From Candidatus Gottesmanbacteria bacterium (GTDB taxonomy: Bacteria > Patescibacteriota > Microgenomatia > UBA10105): a stretch of DNA of 61,291 bases. Positions 57,341 to 61,291 of this stretch are shown here, in pieces; the stretch's first letter is position 1, and every line of letters starts with the position of its first letter. The stretch is from positions 7,535 to 68,825 of the forward strand of contig JAHFKJ010000005.1 in assembly GCA_023245415.1 (NCBI GenBank), given 5' to 3'. The notes under the pieces were generated by a model that saw only the letters and a program-made list of their open reading frames with translations, ran no database searches and was not told the origin of the DNA. A program made the translations under genes and the position numbers.

Positions 57341-59095
57341 CTAGCTGGTTACCGCACCTAAAGATGCACTCGATACTAGCTTAGCATATTTGGCCAAAAC
57401 ACCTCTCGTGTACTTTGATTTTGGTGCCACCCAGGTTTTTTTACGTGCTTCGATTTCAACCCGCGAAAGTGCGACATTGATTTCTCGTTTTTTAAGGTTA
57501 ATACTAATTGTGTCTCTTTCCCTTAAGAGTCCAATCATTCCTCCCACTTGGGCTTCAGGAGAAATATGTCCCACCATAATCCCGTGTGTGCCGCCGGAAA
57601 ATCGGCCATCGGTAATCAAAGCCACATCTTTGCCTAAGCCCACACCCATCAGTGCAGATGAAGGAGAAAGCATTTCCCGCATGCCTGGACCGCCATTTGG
57701 CCCTTCGTTGCGGATTACTATCACATCCCCCTTTTTAATTTTTCTCAGCAATATGGCATCAAGTGCATCTTCCTCACATTCAAACACCCGAGCTGGACCT
57801 TTGTGTTCATCGAGTTCTTTTCCGCTAAGTTTCAACACTGCGCCTTCTTCAGCCAAATTTCCCTTAATGATAATAATGTGATGTCCAGATGACGCCAGCG
57901 GCTTTTCTAAACTGTAAATGACATCCTGATTATTTGGCCTATCAGGTGCTGACCCAATGTTCTCCGTAACAGTTTTCCCGGTGACGGTTAAACACTGCCC
58001 ATGAATTAAACCAGCATTAAGTAGCATCTTCATAACCATCGGCACCCCGCCAATTTTATCCAAATGTTCCATCATATACTTTCCAAACGGACTAAAGTTG
58101 CCAATTAATGGCACATTATCACCAATCTTATTAAAATCATCAAGCGAAAACTTCACTTGGGCTTCATGTGCCAGTGATAATAAATGTAGAACTGCATTAG
58201 TCGATCCGCCTAAAGCAAACACAACCGTAATTGCATTTTCAAATGCTTCGCGAGTCATAATATCGCGGGCATGAATTCCGCTTTTCATTAAATTAAACAA
58301 TGCTTCTACCGATCCTGTAATATCCGCTTGTTTTTGGGCCGAAATTTTATTATCGCGGTCAACTGCCGGATGAGACGCGCTACCTGGCAAACTCATGCCC
58401 ATCGCTTCAATTGCAGAGGCCATGGTGTTTGCCGTATACATGCCTCCGCAGGCACCATTCCCGGGACAGGCCTGGTTTTCAATTTCATTGAATTCTTGAT
58501 TGTCCATTTTGCCGGCAGTAAATTTACCCACGGCTTCAAATACGCTGACAATATTTAAATCTCTATTTTCAAATCTACCGGGAAGAATCGTCCCGCCATA
58601 AAGCGTCAGACCAATACTGTTGTTGCGAGCTAATGGAATCAGCGCTGCCGGAATGCTTTTGTCGCAACCCGATAGCGTAAGTGTTCCATCTGCACTGTAA
58701 GCTTCATGCATGGTTTCGATACAATCAGCGATCAGCTCGCGTGAAACGAGTGAATATCTCATGCCTTCCATACCCATCGTCTCCCCGTCAGTAACAATTG
58801 GTGTGCCATAAATAATGCCTTTACCCCCCGCAGTTTCAACTTCTTCAAGGACCATGTTTCCAAGTTCCTGAATATGTGCGTTACATGGAGTGACATTGGT
58901 ATATGGACAGGCAATTGTTACGAGCGGCTTCTCAAAATCGGCATCAGTATAACCTACTGCCCGCATCATCGCTCGGGCTGGAGCGCGTTTGACCCAATCG
59001 CTATCTCCCGACTTACTCGTTAATTTCCCGCTGCGCCATTTTAATCCTCCATTTCCACAACCGCAATTTTCACACTCACACGCTTGATTTTTCAT
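57341..59095 (-). CDS. ilvD: Dihydroxy-acid dehydratase
   Basis: [44 protein letters not shown]. Confidence 0.97.
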   Translation of the reverse strand: MKNQACECENCGCGNGGLKWRSGKLTSKSGDSDWVKRAPARAMMRAVGYTDADFEKPLVTIACPYTNVTPCNAHIQELGNMVLEEVETAGGKGIIYGTPIVTDGETMGMEGMRYSLVSRELIADCIETMHEAYSADGTLTLSGCDKSIPAALIPLARNNSIGLTLYGGTILPGRFENRDLNIVSVFEAVGKFTAGKMDNQEFNEIENQACPGNGACGGMYTANTMASAIEAMGMSLPGSASHPAVDRDNKISAQKQADITGSVEALFNLMKSGIHARDIMTREAFENAITVVFALGGSTNAVLHLLSLAHEAQVKFSLDDFNKIGDNVPLIGNFSPFGKYMMEHLDKIGGVPMVMKMLLNAGLIHGQCLTVTGKTVTENIGSAPDRPNNQDVIYSLEKPLASSGHHIIIIKGNLAEEGAVLKLSGKELDEHKGPARVFECEEDALDAILLRKIKKGDVIVIRNEGPNGGPGMREMLSPSSALMGVGLGKDVALITDGRFSGGTHGIMVGHISPEAQVGGMIGLLRERDTISINLKKREINVALSRVEIEARKKTWVAPKSKYTRGVLAKYAKLVSSASLGAVTS

Positions 59096-59105
59096 ATACT
59101 CGTAC

Positions 59106-59140
59106 ACACCCCCGGGGTGTAGTAGCTTCACACCTCAGGA
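59106..59140. repeat. Palindrome family B
   Basis: ACACCCCCGGGGTGT...CACCTCAGGA between ilvA and ilvD. Confidence 0.7.
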
Positions 59141-59146
59141 CAATAT

Positions 59147-60391
59147 TTAGATAATGTAATGATACAGTAGATCATCACTTGTGATGATACGAAAATTTAA
59201 TTTTATTTCTTTCATTCGTTTGAGGAGAGGTTCTAAATCTTGTTTATCTTTAAGTTCTAGACTTACGAGTGCCGGGCCTTTTTCCTTGTTTGATTTCTTT
59301 ATATATTCAAATCTGACGATATCATCCGTCGGACCTAAACAATAGTCTAAAAATCGGCGCAGTTGTCCCGGCTTTTGCGCAAATTCAATAATAAAATAAT
59401 GTCTAAGCCCCTGATAGACCAGACTTCGTTCTAATATTTCGCCATAGCGGAGGATGTCGTTATTACCACCACTGATAATACACACAACTGTCTTATTTTT
59501 GATTTCTGCTGAAACTTGATCTAAAGCTGCTACAGCCAAGGCTCCTGCCGGCTCTACAATAATTCCTTCATTTTGGTATAACTCCACCATGATTGTTGCC
59601 ACTAATCCTTCCGGTACAAGCACCACTTTTTTAAGTAATTCATTACAAATCTCAAACGTATTTTCACCAACCGTTTTAACCGCTGCTCCATCAACAAATG
59701 TATCAACATGCGTTAATGTTACAACTTTCCCTGCTCGAAGTGATGATTGCATCCCGGCTGCGCCTTCCGGCTCACTTCCAATAATTGTAACTTGGGGATT
59801 TTTTGCTTTAAAATATGACGCTACACCAGAGATCATTCCACCTCCGCCAATACCGGCAATGACCACGTCAACCCGGTTATTTAACTCTTCATAAATTTCT
59901 TTGGCAACAGTACCCTGCCCAGCAATAACAAGTGGATCATTGAACGGATGCACATAGACGGAGTGCTCTTTTTGACAATATACCTGCGATGCAAGTGCAG
60001 CTTCATCAAAAGAATTTCCTTCAAGCCTGATCTCTACAAATTCGCCGCCAAAATTATTTACCTTTTCAATTTTTTGGTCTGGGGTCACGACTGGCATAAA
60101 TATAACCCCTTTTATTTTCAAAGCAGAACAACCGTATGCCACTCCTTGCGCGTGATTACCCGCACTTGCACATACCACGCCACGTTTCTTTTCATCAAGT
60201 GAAAGCTTCGCCATTTTGTTGTAGGCACCCCTAATTTTGAATGAACGCACCTCCTGCAAATCTTCGCGCTTGAGATAAATGCGCGCGTGATATTCTTCTG
60301 ATAAACGCTTATTAAACTCAAGAGGTGTTTTGCGTACGACTGATTTAATCCGATCTGCAACTTCATCAATCATTTGAGTTGTTATTTGCAT
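59147..60391 (-). CDS. ilvA: Threonine ammonia-lyase (short, single regulatory domain)
   Basis: KREDLQ.VRSFKIRGA, SAGNHAQG, GGGG, SGGNND. Confidence 0.96.
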   Translation of the reverse strand: MQITTQMIDEVADRIKSVVRKTPLEFNKRLSEEYHARIYLKREDLQEVRSFKIRGAYNKMAKLSLDEKKRGVVCASAGNHAQGVAYGCSALKIKGVIFMPVVTPDQKIEKVNNFGGEFVEIRLEGNSFDEAALASQVYCQKEHSVYVHPFNDPLVIAGQGTVAKEIYEELNNRVDVVIAGIGGGGMISGVASYFKAKNPQVTIIGSEPEGAAGMQSSLRAGKVVTLTHVDTFVDGAAVKTVGENTFEICNELLKKVVLVPEGLVATIMVELYQNEGIIVEPAGALAVAALDQVSAEIKNKTVVCIISGGNNDILRYGEILERSLVYQGLRHYFIIEFAQKPGQLRRFLDYCLGPTDDIVRFEYIKKSNKEKGPALVSLELKDKQDLEPLLKRMKEIKLNFRIITSDDLLYHYII

Positions 60392-60395
60392 AAAT

Positions 60396-61291
60396 TTACT
60401 GCTTCTGTCTTTCCGGTCTAAGTTCTCTTACTTTCGCTCCGGTGCGCCACATTTCACTATTTTTCAGTGTATTTAATTCTTTATCAAGCTGTTTCCGGTA
60501 GTCTTTTTGACTATTTTTCTTAATTACGATTTGAGCTTCTTTACCGGATTTAACTGATTGATATAATTTCTCAAAAGTTGGTTTGACCGCTTTTTTAAAT
60601 TTGTTTTTCCAATCCAGTGCGCCGCGTTGGGCGGTAGTGGAACAATTCGCAATCATCCAATCAACGCCATTTTCTGCCATCAGCGGAATGAGACTTTGAG
60701 TAGCTTCTTCAACAGTTTCGTTAAATGCTTCACTTGGATTGTGTCCGTGTTTACGCAACAATTCATATTGCGCTTCCATGATACCTGTTATAGCACCTAA
60801 CAAAATCCCCCGTTCACCAGTCAAATCACTAATAACTTCTTTTTGAAAAGTTGTTTCAAACAAAAATCCGGAACCCACGGCTATTCCCATCGCCAGTACC
60901 CGTTCGCGTGCGCGCCCGGTCGCATCCTGAAATACAGCAAAACTGCTGTTGATGCCCTTGCCTTCTAGAAAAAGTTTCCGGACAGATCTTCCTGCTCCTT
61001 TGGGGGCAACTAAAATCACATCTACGCCATTTGGCGGAATAATTTTAGTAAGCTTGTAATAGGTAATTCCAAAACCATGCGAAAAATACAAAGCTTTGCC
61101 TTGAGTAAGATATGGCTTAATTTTGGGCCACACTGCAATTTGCCCGGCATCGGACAGTAAATACGCGATTATCGTACCCCAGTTTGCAGCTTCTGCGATA
61201 TCAAATAAGCTGACACCCGGCTTCCAACCATCTTGCTTTGCTTTTTCATAAGAAGCTGAATTTGTACGCTGACCAATAATCACATTTAAGC
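60396..61291 (-). CDS. ilvC: Ketol-acid reductoisomerase (5' partial)
   Basis: SHGF, VAPKG.G, DLTGERG, EAFNETVEE, NCSTTAQRGALDW. Confidence 0.95.
   Translation of the reverse strand, partial: LNVIIGQRTNSASYEKAKQDGWKPGVSLFDIAEAANWGTIIAYLLSDAGQIAVWPKIKPYLTQGKALYFSHGFGITYYKLTKIIPPNGVDVILVAPKGAGRSVRKLFLEGKGINSSFAVFQDATGRARERVLAMGIAVGSGFLFETTFQKEVISDLTGERGILLGAITGIMEAQYELLRKHGHNPSEAFNETVEEATQSLIPLMAENGVDWMIANCSTTAQRGALDWKNKFKKAVKPTFEKLYQSVKSGKEAQIVIKKNSQKDYRKQLDKELNTLKNSEMWRTGAKVRELRPERQKQ

Noticed and set aside
7636..60369. Numerous short antisense or alternate-frame ORFs (e.g. 9426..9920, 57390..57881)
   Set aside because: Shadows of well-supported genes with no motifs of their own
1..61291. 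CRISPR array, rRNA or tRNA genes
   Set aside because: No regularly spaced repeats with unique spacers and no cloverleaf or rRNA signature seen by eye; the repeats are dispersed palindromes

Overview
A 61 kb AT-rich bacterial chromosome segment, mostly housekeeping genes. It is probably from a CPR/Patescibacteria (Microgenomates-like) genome; this is inferred from the domain-1-less RF1, scarce SD sites and many apparently leaderless genes. It encodes translation, replication and repair genes (hisS, cysS, prfA, rpmE, rpsF-ssb-rpsR, rpsU, ychF, dnaX, recR, ybeY, dus), three envelope proteases, thyA-folA and a two-component locus. It also carries a SAM/homocysteine/adenosine recycling cluster, mevalonate genes, and an ilvC-ilvA-ilvD operon whose downstream end is decaying. 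I saw no rRNA, tRNA or CRISPR array. Most notable: (1) a putative histidine-sensing module made of a YerC/TrpR-like repressor, an operator palindrome, a His-His leader-peptide attenuator, a CntK-like racemase with a Cys-to-Ser active-site change, a HisRS with altered His-binding loops and an EamA transporter. (2) cysS runs through an A9 slippery tract into a start-less peptidase-S51-like ORF in the -1 frame, predicting a CysRS-hydrolase fusion. (3) Several families of short palindromic repeats occur, some inserted in-frame inside thyA and folA. All family assignments come from motif recognition, not database searches.
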